From Vicugna vicugna (lineage: Eukaryota): DNA of 64,000 nt. Each line of letters opens with the position of its first letter. The first letter of the stretch is position 1. The stretch spans positions 4,327,239 through 4,391,238 of the forward strand of contig MU058384.1 in NCBI GenBank assembly GCA_013265495.1, given 5' to 3'. The notes beneath the pieces were generated by a model. That model saw nothing but the letters and a program-made list of their open reading frames with translations. It had not been told where the DNA came from and ran no database searches. Made by a program: the position numbers and the translations under genes. Shown here in pieces: positions 53,096 through 64,000 of the stretch.

Positions 53096-54432
53096 AAGGA
53101 AGCAGAGGTAGAAGGTCATTAATACTAACATGACAAAGGGAACACCCACAAAAGTTTACCTGGTAATCCAAGAACAGTCAAAACAGTATTGGGTGTCCAA
53201 AGTATAAGAAAATCTAGATTAAAAATAACAGCCAAATAAACAGTAAAAACCCTTGACACTTTTTTGATACCAGAGTTTTTGTCTTGCTGGAGAACAAAGA
53301 TTTTTGGGGATGAGAGTAACCAGGCTAGATCCATGACATACTTATCACTTTCTATTAGCACCCAAAATTATCATTAGAAAAGAGCAGAATCCAATATACA
53401 GGGATTGGTTTTAGTTCTGAACCTCTGCTTATTCTATAAATACAGAGACATAACTTGCATGATCTGTTGGGATTTTAAAGTTTAGATTTATTAAAGAAAA
53501 AAAACACCTCATAGTCAGAAATTTCAAAACTAAACACCTTCTTTCTCTGTATCAGCACACACTAATATATTTTGGGACCATTGTTATATATAATTAAACA
53601 TACGTACAGCCAAAAATTTATACAAGCAATTACAAATTTTTATGAGAGGCAAAGATCTAATCATTTACAAATTTTTAAATACTCATAATTATCATGTTAA
53701 TTTTATGATTTTAACACTTTGTTTTTGAACTAAACTCTACTTTTCTGCTTACTTCCAAGACAAAAGAAATAAAGAAATTCTGTTTTTTAAAAATAAATTC
53801 AATTAAGAAAAAGACAGACTTTCTATTTGAGGTGACTTCATTTTAATTGGCTGAAATTTAAAATCAAATTCAATTTTAAGCAGTGACCGTGACCTTTTTA
53901 GGTGACCAAAACCAAAATATCACTGCATATGAATAAATTTCACCTGCCCATCAGATCCAGTTTAAAGACTACCCTCCCAATCTGTCACCCCCCGAACTCT
54001 CATGTGACACTGCCATCCTAGCCATTTACAGATTTCTCTCTTCTACAAATTTTCATGCCAATTTGCATCTTTCAATCTGCATTGTCTACCTTATAAGCAA
54101 CATTTTAATGTTAGGATTCATTACATGTACTTAGATTTAAGCTCGTTAAAGGAAGGAAATATTTTTTCTCTTCGGATCCACAACTTGGCCTAGATAACAC
54201 AATTAATTGTTGAATTAAATCTCTGACAAACAGAAATAACAAACATGCATTTGTTTTTGCTATTGTGTTTTTCATTTCATTGCTAATAACACTTGTAAAA
54301 TTCCAAGGTTTCTAGCTGAATGAAAACTTGGCAGTTAACACAGTAACATTTATCTCATGAGAACCCCTTCCCCTGTAATCTTATTTTTCCCTCACTTCCA
54401 AAATGATTCCTAGATCCCACTGATAGAATATT

Positions 54433-54482
54433 CTCTCTCTCTCTCTCTCTCTCAATCTCTCTCTCTCTATATATATTTATAT
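54433..54482. repeat. (CT)n-(AT)n compound microsatellite
   Basis: Directly visible. Confidence 0.9.
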
Positions 54483-56087
54483 ACGACTTATTCATATCCA
54501 CTTCTGTGCATTCATCCCAGATGAACTCTTACTTCATCCAATCTCAATAATGAAAGACCATTGCACATTTCACTGGCTCACATGCCTTCCTCTGAGAAGG
54601 CTCTCATAATTAATCTCTTTTAGTTTGGATCAGCTTTCCAAATTGCCTACTTCAATACATGTTTTATTTCATATTACTTTTTGTATGTAAAGATAATATT
54701 TTGCATTTTCCTTAAAAAATGTGATATGCAAGATGCATTGAGATTCTTAAACTCTATTTGGCATAAAGGTTATTGGATGTGTTTGTTAAAATGGGGATTC
54801 CTGGGCTCTACCATGAGAGAGAAGAAAAAGCAAAGGACTCAGAAATTTAAACATTCAAGAAGCACCCCTGGTAATGCTGATGCTAGTGTCCTTTGATGTT
54901 ACCTTGGGCAATGCTGGCAAAGCAGAACACATTTCTAAGAGTAAGGAGATCAGGGTTTTAGAGTAAGCTCTGATCTTGGGCAAATTCTGTGGCTTTTGTG
55001 AGCCTTAGCTTCCTCACTGGTCTGACTGCCTTTCTGTGTACTTGATTTACCTTGCTGTGGCCAAGTCTGTAAAATGAGGCACACAAGAGTTATTGGAATA
55101 AAATGAAGTAATTTTCAAAATTGAAGGACTATGAGTGCTAAGAAACCTGCCTAAGGTCACAGAGCTGGACCTGGGACTTGGAGCAATTCAGAGGTCTGCT
55201 CCAAGGTTTGCTTATTTCTAGACTATGTTTAAAAGAAAATCACAAAAGAAAAAAAACAATTAGGATCAGAAGGAGGTGAGAAATATTTAGTCTAGTTCTT
55301 CTGTTTTCCCAGTGAGGAAGCTAAGGCATTCACTTCACTATGTCAAAAAACATCTTACTAATAGCTTACTTCTTGCAAATAGAAATTTGCTTCTTTTGGC
55401 AATTTGGTTTTTAATCATTGACAGAAGTTAAGTGGCACATAGCAACAGGATTTAGAAACCCCAGAAAGACAAAAAGACTGTTTTGATAGTCATATTTAAA
55501 TAATCATAATCTGTGTGCACAATTAAACAATTTCTTAGTTTCGATACATGTCTGGTAGAAGAGCATTATGACAAAGAATTCCTCTTGTGAACATACACAC
55601 ACACAAACACAACACACAAGAGAGAAGGCAATTCTTTCTCCCTGACAGATACTGCCCAACACTTCTCATGCATTTCACAATGACTCTGCATTTACACATG
55701 TACCAGGATTTATGATTTATGTATTCAATTCTAAAATTCACAAGTGAATTTAAAAAATCTAAATAATTTACTCTGAACAGCAATATATGGAATGCCAGTT
55801 GCTATTTTTCTAAGAATCATTGGCCATCATTTCTCAGACCCGGCAGCGTAAGGATCCAGCTCAATGACCTCAAAGGCAGTATTTCAAGAGGTATTTAAGA
55901 TGAAAAGGACTTTGACCTCAATGATGGCTGGCAACACTGGCTCTTAATGGACTTCTCAATGGGTAGAGGTTCACAGTGTCAGAGTGGGAGCTTATTAACA
56001 TTTCACGTTCCAGTATCATCCCCACCCCACCTCTCCCATACACCTGCTGAATCAATCTCTGAATTGGTAATAAGTGCCCAGACCATT

Positions 56088-56752
56088 CCCATATTGGTGG
56101 GAATGTAAATTGGTGCAGTGACCATGGAAAACATAAATGGAGATTCCTCAGAAAATTAAGAATAAGACTACCATATGATTTAGCTATTCCACTTCTGAGT
56201 GATCATCCAAAAAATACAAAAACACTAATTTGAAGAGATATATCCTCCCCTATATTAATCACAGCATTATTTACAATGGCCCTAAGATACGCAAACAATC
56301 TAAGTGCCTATCAACAGATGAATGGATAAAGATGTGGTATATATACACAATGGAATACTACTCAGACATAAAAAAGATGAAATCTTGCCATTTGTGACAA
56401 CATGGATGAACTTTGAGAGTATTATGCTAAGTAAAATAAGTCAAACGGAGAAAGACAAATACTGTATGATTTCACTTATATGTGGAATATAAACATCAAA
56501 CAAACAAACTAAATGAACAAATCAAACCAAACAAAACCAAACATGTGGATACAGAGAATCCAGAGTAATTGTTACCAGAAGGGAAGGGACAAGGTGGGAA
56601 AAAAAATGGGTAAAGGGGGTCAACAGTGTGGTGATTGATGGAAACTAGATTTTGGGTGGTGAGTATACTGCCGTGTATATAGAAGTTGAAATATAATGCT
56701 GTATACATGAAACATACAATGTTATAAATCAACATGACCCCAATTGAAAAAA
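56088..56752 (+). mobile_element. 5'-truncated L1 (ORF2 end plus 3' UTR)
   Basis: ttggtgggaatgtaaattggtgcag...cacaatggaatactactcag...gagaaagacaaatactgtatgatttcacttatatgtggaat. Confidence 0.92.
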
Positions 56753-58138
56753 CAATGTAGCAAAAACTTTTAAATTAGAACTAAGTTATCCTTTAAAACC
56801 AAAAATTTGGAAAGGAAATGACAGTGGAATGGATAAGAGCATAAAAAGATGAAACAGTAACTTGATTTACTGGCATCAATGGATTCTTTCAGCACTGTCC
56901 ACCATACCATAAACAAAATGAAAGACAAGTGCAGAAGATTCTCCGAGAGAGCCACTTGGAAACTGCACTGCTATTAATTACAAGATCTACTTTGTACAGT
57001 GATAAAATTTACCCAAGTCCTCATAGTATTTTAGGCTGTGACATTTTTTTCACAGTAGTTCTATACTTGCTTCCAAGTTACAATGTTATTTTTAAACAAA
57101 CTAACTTGAACATAAAAATAAGATTCTCAGGTTAATTTAGCATAAATGTTATAGAAAAAAATTGGAGCAATGACAAAAAGTTTTATATAGTATGTGGAGA
57201 AGAAACACTTTTTTCTCCAGAAAAAGCTCATTCAACTGTGTGCTAGCAAGTATATTAGATGAGTAGGCTGCTATTGAAAAAGCAGACGCATGATAATATA
57301 ACCCAGAGAATAATCCAAGAACACAAATCCAACAGAAGTGATAATTTTATTCAAAGACTAAGATTATGTATAAGATCTACAACTTCAAAATTCTGAGGGT
57401 ATCACTACTATTGATTTTCCTTTTTCTTCTTTAGTTGTATGTATATGCAGGAACACTGTGATGACATTTCACTCAATACTTATCTCACAGTAGAAATGGA
57501 TAGTTTCAGTGAGTAACTGGTTTTTAACATACCAACAAAAATGGCAGAAAGATAAAATTCAAAAAAAATTTTTTTTAAAGCTGTGCCGGTGGTGAAAAAA
57601 TGAGTACTGAGGAAAAACCAGTAGGTCTAGTGCCTTGCATGAAAGCTATTCATGTGTTCTAGGAGAACATAGCTGCTAAGAAGATCTTTCAAGGCAATGC
57701 TTTCAGGTCATTTTAGTTGTAAATATTATTAAAACACTGTTTTTAAATCACAGGGTGTTTTTGTTTTTGTTTTAGGGTCAATATATGCAGTGTTAGTTCC
57801 AGAGTTAATTTTTTTTTCACATTGCACTTATTTGGGTCTTTTGTGGCAAGGTGCTGGTAAGAATTTCTTTTAAAAATTTTCCTCTAGTGAAATATCTCTC
57901 AAAAATTGGTTTCGATGGTTTGCATACCTTGCTGATTTTTTTGTGGTAAACAGAACAATTTCAACTTGGCAATGAAGATCACATTATATATGCTTAAAAC
58001 CATAGATGTCAGCAATGAAATACTTGACTGAAAACTCATGTGAATATCTAGCTGAGGCAGAAAGTGAGATAACCACTTGCTGGGTAATCTGAGGGTTTTT
58101 AAAATGACATATTGAGCATCTCCTAATGCTATAATATT

Positions 58139-58256
58139 TTCTACAGACTGAATGTTTGGGTCCTCCCAAAATTCATATGTTGAAACCTAAACCCCAAAGA
58201 TGATGGCATTAAGAGGTGGGACTTTGGGGAGGTGATTAGGTCATCAGGGTAGAGCT
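58139..58256 (+). mobile_element. MLT1A-type LTR 5' fragment
   Basis: gactgaatgtttgggtcctcccaaaattcatatgttgaaacctaa...gggaggtgattaggtcat. Confidence 0.85.
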
Positions 58257-58404
58257 AATTAACTTTGTAAGTAGAAGTTATACTTTGAAATAAAAAACTA
58301 CATTTATATTTCTACAATATTTTGATCTTTCTCATTTATTAGAAATTTTGCATAAGATTCTGCCAGTCAAAAAGTTGGAAAGCTTGTGTTCTAAGGAAAC
58401 ATAA

Positions 58405-58940
58405 TGTTGTGGGACAACTCCTGGTTCTGCAACCAGAAGACCTGAGTTTGATTTCAGATGATCACCAAGTAGATAGCGTGACTTTGGACAAGTCACCTTG
58501 CCTCTCAGACTCCCAGATTGCTCACCTATAAGCAGAGCATCTTTGGAACACATGGTAATGCTCTTAAAGTTGTCTTACAACATGTTCTCTCCTACTGTCT
58601 CTCTGCTCTAGCTCCATCTTATTTTTATTAGCTCTCTCAGCATGCCATGTACCTTCCTACCAGAAAGTTTTTCAAATGCTGTTCCCTCCTCCTGGGATAT
58701 TCTTGTCTTATCTTTTCAGTTAACTCCTACTCTTGCTTAAATTATTAGCCCAATCATTTCCCTCTAGGAGTAAGCATTCTTTTATCTCTCAGACTAGGTC
58801 AGTCCCTTTAGCATGGATCTCTAATTCCTTGGTTATTATCACTGCTGACATTTTACATTTATTTTGGTAGCTTTTTGATTAATATTTCTCTTTTAGATTG
58901 TAAACTGTATAAGAACAGAGAACTTGTTTGTTCTAACAAT
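58405..58940 (+). mobile_element. MIR (about 58405-58575) followed by an L2 3' fragment (about 58580-58940)
   Basis: agaagacctgagtttga...gtgactttggacaagtcac, then tgctgttccctcctcctggga...tagattgtaaact. Confidence 0.65.
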
Positions 58941-59039
58941 GCTGCTCTTAGGCAAGTTTTTTTGGCAAATGCCTCAGTTTTTCCCTCTTTAAAATAGTAC
59001 CTACCTCACAGGATTTTTTGAGTTTTAAAGAGATAAAGT

Positions 59040-61562
59040 GCAAATACAGATGCAAATATCCTCAACAAAACATTAGCAAACTGAATTCAACAATATATAA
59101 AAAAAGATTATATACCATGATCAAGTGGGATTTATTCCAAAGGTGCAATGATGGCTCAGTATCTTCAAGTCAATGTGATTTGCACATTAATAAAAGGAAA
59201 GATAAAAATCACATGGTCATCTCAACAGGCACATAAAAAGCTTTTGACAAAATTCAACATCCATTCATGATAAAAACTCTCATGAAAGTTGGTAAAGAGG
59301 GAACATATCTCAACCCAATAAAGGCTATTTATAACAAACCCACAGCTAACATCATACCCAATAGTGAAAAGCTGAAACATTTCTTCTAAAAATCAGGAAC
59401 AAGACAAGGATACCTACTCTAGCCACTTCTATTAACCTAGTATTGGAAGGCCTAGCTACAGCAATCAGACACAAAAAAGAAATAAAAGGCATTCAAGTTG
59501 GAAGGGAAGATGTAAAATTGTCACTGTTTGCAGATGACACGGTAATAGTAAATATAGAAATACTCTAAAGTCTCCACCAAAAAACTCCCCAACCCCCCCC
59601 CCAAAAATCCCAAAACTTTTAGGACTAATAAATAAATTCAGTAAAGGTGCAGGATACAATATTAAAATACAAAAATCTGTTTATTTTCTATTGTGAAAGC
59701 AATCCCATTTAATACTGCATCAAAAAGAATAAAATACCTAGGAAAAAACTTAACCAAAGAGGTGAAAGACCTACTTAACTTATAAAACATTAATGAAGGA
59801 AGTTGAAGATGATACAAAGAAATAGGAAGACATCCCAAGTTCATGGATTGTAAGAACTAATATTATTAAAATTTCTCTACTACACAAAGCAATCTATTGA
59901 TTTAATGCAATCCTTATCAAAATGCCTATGGCATTTTTCACAAAACTAAAACAATAATCCTAAAATTTATATGGATTCACAAAAGACCCCAAATAGCCAA
60001 AGCAATATTAGGGGGAAAAAAAAAGCTAGAGGTATCATGCTTCCTGACTTCAGGCTACACTACAAAGCTACAGTAATAAAAACAGTATGGTACTGGCACA
60101 AAAAACAGACACATATGGACCAGGATAGAGGCCCAGAAATAAATCCACACACTTATGGTCAATTAATCCATGACAAAAGAGGCAAGAACATACAAGGGAG
60201 AAAAGACAATCTCTTCAATAAGTGGTGCTGGGAAAACTGGATAGCTACATATAAAAGAATAAAATTAGAACATTTTCTCACACTGTATACAAAAATAAAC
60301 TCCAAATGGATTAAAAATCTAGATGTAAGACCAAAAATTATAAAAGTCTTAGAAGAAAACATAGGCAAAACACTCTCTGACATAAATTGTAGCAATAGTT
60401 TTTTGGATCTGTTTCCTCAGTCAAAGGAAATAAAAGCAACAATAAACAAACAGGACCTAATTAAACTTAAAGACTTTTGCACAGCAAAGGAACCCATCAA
60501 CAAAATTAAAAGAAAACCTACTGAATGGGAGAAAATAACTGCAAACAGTATGACTGATAAGGGGTTAATACCCAAAATATATACACAGCTCCTACAACTC
60601 AACATCAAAAAAGCTAACAACATAATTAAAAATAGGTAGAAAATATGAATAGATATTTTTCCAGAGAAGATATACAGATCATCAACAGACACAAGAAAAG
60701 ATGCTTAACATTGCTAATCATCAGAGAAAGGAAAATCAAAACAACAATGAGATATTACCTCACACCTATCAGAATGGCTATCATCAAAAAGCCTGAAAAA
60801 TAACAAATGTTGGCAAAGATGTAGAGATAAGGGAAACCTAGTATACTGTTGGTGGGAGTGTAAATTAGTACAGCCACTATAGAAAACATTATGGAGGTTC
60901 TTTAAAAAAACTATCAACTAAGAACTAACATATAGTCCAGCAATTCCACTCCTGGGTATATATTCGAAGAAAATGAAAATACTAATTCAAAAAGATACAT
61001 ACACCTCAATGTTCACAGCAGCATTGTTTACAATAGCCAAGATACGGAAACAACTTAAGTGTCCACACAGATGAATGGATAAAGGAGAAGTGGCATATAT
61101 ATATATGCAATGGAATATTACTCAGCTATAAAAAAGAATAAAAATTTGCCACTTGCAACAATATGGACAGACCGAGAGGGTATCTTTCTAAGTGAAATAA
61201 GTCAGACAGAGAAAAACAAATACCATACATTATCACTTATATGTGGAATCTAAACAGCAAAATGAATGAATATAACAAAACAGAAAGAAACTCACAGATA
61301 CAGAGAATAAACCAGATGTTCCAAGGGGGAAAGAAAGGCGAGTGGATAAGAGGTACCAACTACTATGTATAAAATAAATAAGCCACAAGGATATATTGTA
61401 CAACACAGTGAATATAGCTGATATTTTATAATAACTTTAAATAGAGTATGATCTATAAAAGTATTGAATCACTATGTTGTATACCTGAAACTAATATAAT
61501 ACTGTAAATCAATTATACTTCAAAAGTAAATAAATAAATAAATTTGGAAGAAGTAAAAAAAG
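59040..61562 (+). mobile_element. 5'-truncated L1 (about 2.5 kb, disrupted ORF2 RT and C-terminal region, 3' UTR, A-rich tail) inserted into a MIR
   Basis: ORF 59971-60639 is clear L1 ORF2 (LPDFRLHYKATVIKTVWYWHK, LFNKWCWENW, INSKWIK); stops and frameshifts occur elsewhere; TSD GAGATAAAGT at 59030-59039 and 61563-61572. Confidence 0.96.
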
Positions 61563-61649
61563 GAGATAAAGTTCATTAAACACTCAGAACATTATCCTGT
61601 CACATAATAAGTGTTTAATTAATGTTAATATTGAATTAATATATACATT

Positions 61650-62600
61650 TTAAAAATGGTCATTTTAGTGTATCTAAGATTTTGCACTTAATATCTCAAG
61701 ATGTCATTAAGTTATTTTGAAGAAAAAATTTCATTCTTTGGATAAAATACAGTATCTTTATTTCTCTATAACAGAACAATTAAGTTGTTTCCAACTTTTT
61801 AAATAATAAAGAGCACTATAATTAATGTATTTTTACATAAATGTCTCATTATTTGTTCAGGACACTTTTCTAGAACTAGCATTATTGGATCAAAGAATAC
61901 TATAATTTACAAATGTTTTTAATACTTACTGTCAAACACATTTCCAGAAAATCTATTACAGTATCAATTACAATTGAATGAGGTTGCCTGGGCACCTTTG
62001 TAGGATTAATTGTTATGCACACTAAAAATTTTTTTCAATTTGATAAGCAAAAATTTACTTATTATTGTCTTAATTTGATTTCTCATTACAAGTGAAGTTT
62101 AATGTAGGTTCATATCCATCACTTCTTTGAATTTCTTTCACTATGTGGAAGTACTGCTACTTTTCCTACTGCATGGTTAGTAGTATTAGTTGATTCATTT
62201 CACCTTCAGTAATTAAGGATATTAATTTGTTATATTTTGCTACTATTTTATCAAGTTTGCCACTTGTGTTTCATTTTACAAAATTTCTACACATAAATTC
62301 TACACTTTTATGCTGTCAAATTTGACATTTGTCCTCTCCTCCAAAACCTTTATACCTAGAAACTCTTTCTCTTTTCTAAGACCATTTCATATGTACAATA
62401 TTTTTTTCTGCTTTACATGGTTTTTAGTATATGCAATCAACTATTAGTCTACTTTTTTGGTGTTCTGCTTGAGATTGATATAATTTACATTTTTTCCCAA
62501 ATAGTCAGTTTTTCTGACTTTATTGAATGATCCACCACTTCCCATTGCTTGTAAAGTTTTGCTTACCATATATTAAGTTATTTCATATATAATAAAGTCA
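61650..62600 (-). mobile_element. Old L1ME-type fragment
   Basis: agttgtttccaactttt...ctagaactagcattattggatcaaag...atttgatttctcatta...tttattgaatgatcca. Confidence 0.6.
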
Positions 62601-62734
62601 CCTAGCCTCAATTTTATGTACCTTTAAAAATTCTACTAAATATGACATTATACAAATATCTCCACACATCTCATAGGTTACTTTTGATTATTTGATTCAG
62701 TGTTTTTGTAAAGTAATATTGCATCTGTGTAGCT

Positions 62735-62830
62735 CCTCCAAAGCAGGTTACACATCTTCTTGGTATCTACCCTACCATGCCTAGTTGCAGGGTTTGGCAC
62801 ATAGGAGGCACTCAACATACAGTTGTATAA
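62735..62830 (+). mobile_element. L2 3' tail
   Basis: tggcacataggaggcactcaacatacagttg. Confidence 0.6.
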
Positions 62831-64000
62831 TTGCACAAACTTTCTTTCTAATGAGAAATGTTCTATTCTATGTAATAAAAGAAGAAACACGAAGCAGGCT
62901 ACACAGACTGTGTTGGCTACTTTAGTTCTTTTTTTTTCTTTCTTTTTTAAATAAACTTTAATAAAACAGGATTGATATCTCTTGAAAGTTCTATCTAGTA
63001 AAGCAAGGAGATTTTCCAGAAGGTGGTTACATCCCTTTATTAAAAGCATCTGTGTCACAGCCACTGGTAGAGACCCAAACAACCTGAAGAGGTTGGCTCT
63101 GAGAAATCCCAGAGATAGAACACAGCCAAATTTTGAGACGGAACAACGTGTAAAATCATACTGCATGTTAATTTGATGACCAAGAGGAAAGATCTTTCTG
63201 CCTCATCAAATCTTATAAAGCAAGGTGATTTATGATGTCCTTGTGAGCTTGGTAGGTAACAAGAAAAATATATAGTAACGCTGTTTCGTAGACTTGACCT
63301 AAGACTCTGTTATATTTTGTAATTTTTCTACTTCTATTTTTCTCTCTATATAATTGGTTTCACTTTGAATGTTTTATAATAGATAGCCATTTAAAGCATA
63401 AAAAGAAATTCTCTGGGAATATTATCTTGGTGAATATTCATAGTAATGAAGCTATATATCTCAAAAAGTGAAAATGCCATTACTTCCCTTCCAATATGAT
63501 AATAATTACCAAGAGTCAACTCTATTTGATCTGTACAGTGGGGTAGTAGAGAGCACTTAAAATCATAGATGAACCGTGACTGATGTTTTTTTTTTGGAAG
63601 GGTTCCTGTACTTACATATGAATAAGAGAGTGACTTATCCCCTTGGGAATTCACAGCGCATCAAACCAAATTAGGAAGCCAGGCAGCTGTGACCTGGTTT
63701 TGTAAGGGCCAAGAAAGCTATAGAGTTTCACTATTGAGCTCAAAATGATTCCCTGGTTCCCATGCCATTTGGGACACAGGAGCACCTCACTGACTCATAA
63801 GAAAACACCACTCTGAGCTTATGTTTTATATTATCCAGGGTTACATATGAGGAAATAAAAACTTTAATGTGAGATATCTTGAGAGTGGCAATCTGCAGAA
63901 GAGGAAATGAAAATAAGAGTTAGAATAAAAGTTTGGTGGTAAAAACTTAGATTCAACAGTTAGCTTATATAATGAAAAGATTTACCTTACATGGTGAAAA

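Larger units (their letters stand above)
36172..64000 (-). other. PDE7B: PDE7B intron 1 (3' portion)
   Basis: Upstream of exon 2 in the direction of transcription. No MSCLMVE first exon or CpG-island promoter was seen in the window. Confidence 0.85.

Noticed and set aside
59971..60639. 222-aa ORF, the longest in the window
   Set aside because: A fragment of L1 ORF2 in a truncated, disrupted element; not a host gene.
62678..63176. 162-aa minus-strand ORF and an overlapping 64-aa plus-strand ORF
   Set aside because: No recognisable protein. The minus-strand ORF crosses an L2 tail and a poly-T tract; chance ORFs.
8386..63800. About a dozen AP-1 sites (TGAGTCA/TGACTCA)
   Set aside because: Dispersed and close to the number expected for a 7-mer in 64 kb.
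1..64000. CRISPR-like arrays, operons, NUMTs, rRNA/snRNA genes or processed pseudogenes
   Set aside because: None seen. No regularly spaced repeat-spacer pattern was detected by eye, although a self-dotplot would be needed to exclude a subtle one.

Overview
Mammalian genomic DNA, almost certainly camelid: it has two copies of the camelid tRNA-derived SINE (Vic-1 type), and I saw no Alu, BovB or CHR SINEs. The whole window lies inside PDE7B (cAMP-specific phosphodiesterase 7B), transcribed on the minus strand. The only coding sequence I can support is the 61-nt exon at 36171-36111 (RCGEILFENPDQNVKCVCML|G, PDE7B exon 2), which is too short for the ORF track. Intron 1 runs 36172-64000 and intron 2 runs 36110-1. 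The introns hold ordinary eutherian repeats: L1, L2, L3/CR1, MIR, MLT1 LTRs, MER5/MER58 and Tigger. Of the listed ORFs, only 59971-60639 and a few short neighbours reflect a real protein (decayed L1 ORF2). I found no convincing new biological system. The best leads are: a CpG-retaining segment near 47.45-47.72 kb with an ETS site and an antisense signal-peptide-like small ORF; a half-CRE/MEF2 cluster near 44 kb; a perfect 20-bp E-box palindrome; a candidate in-frame 30-nt cassette exon; RBFOX motifs around exon 2; an inverted SINE pair; and a strong CTCF motif. All repeat family names come from recalled consensus sequences and need RepeatMasker/Dfam confirmation; repeat boundaries are approximate unless a TSD is given.
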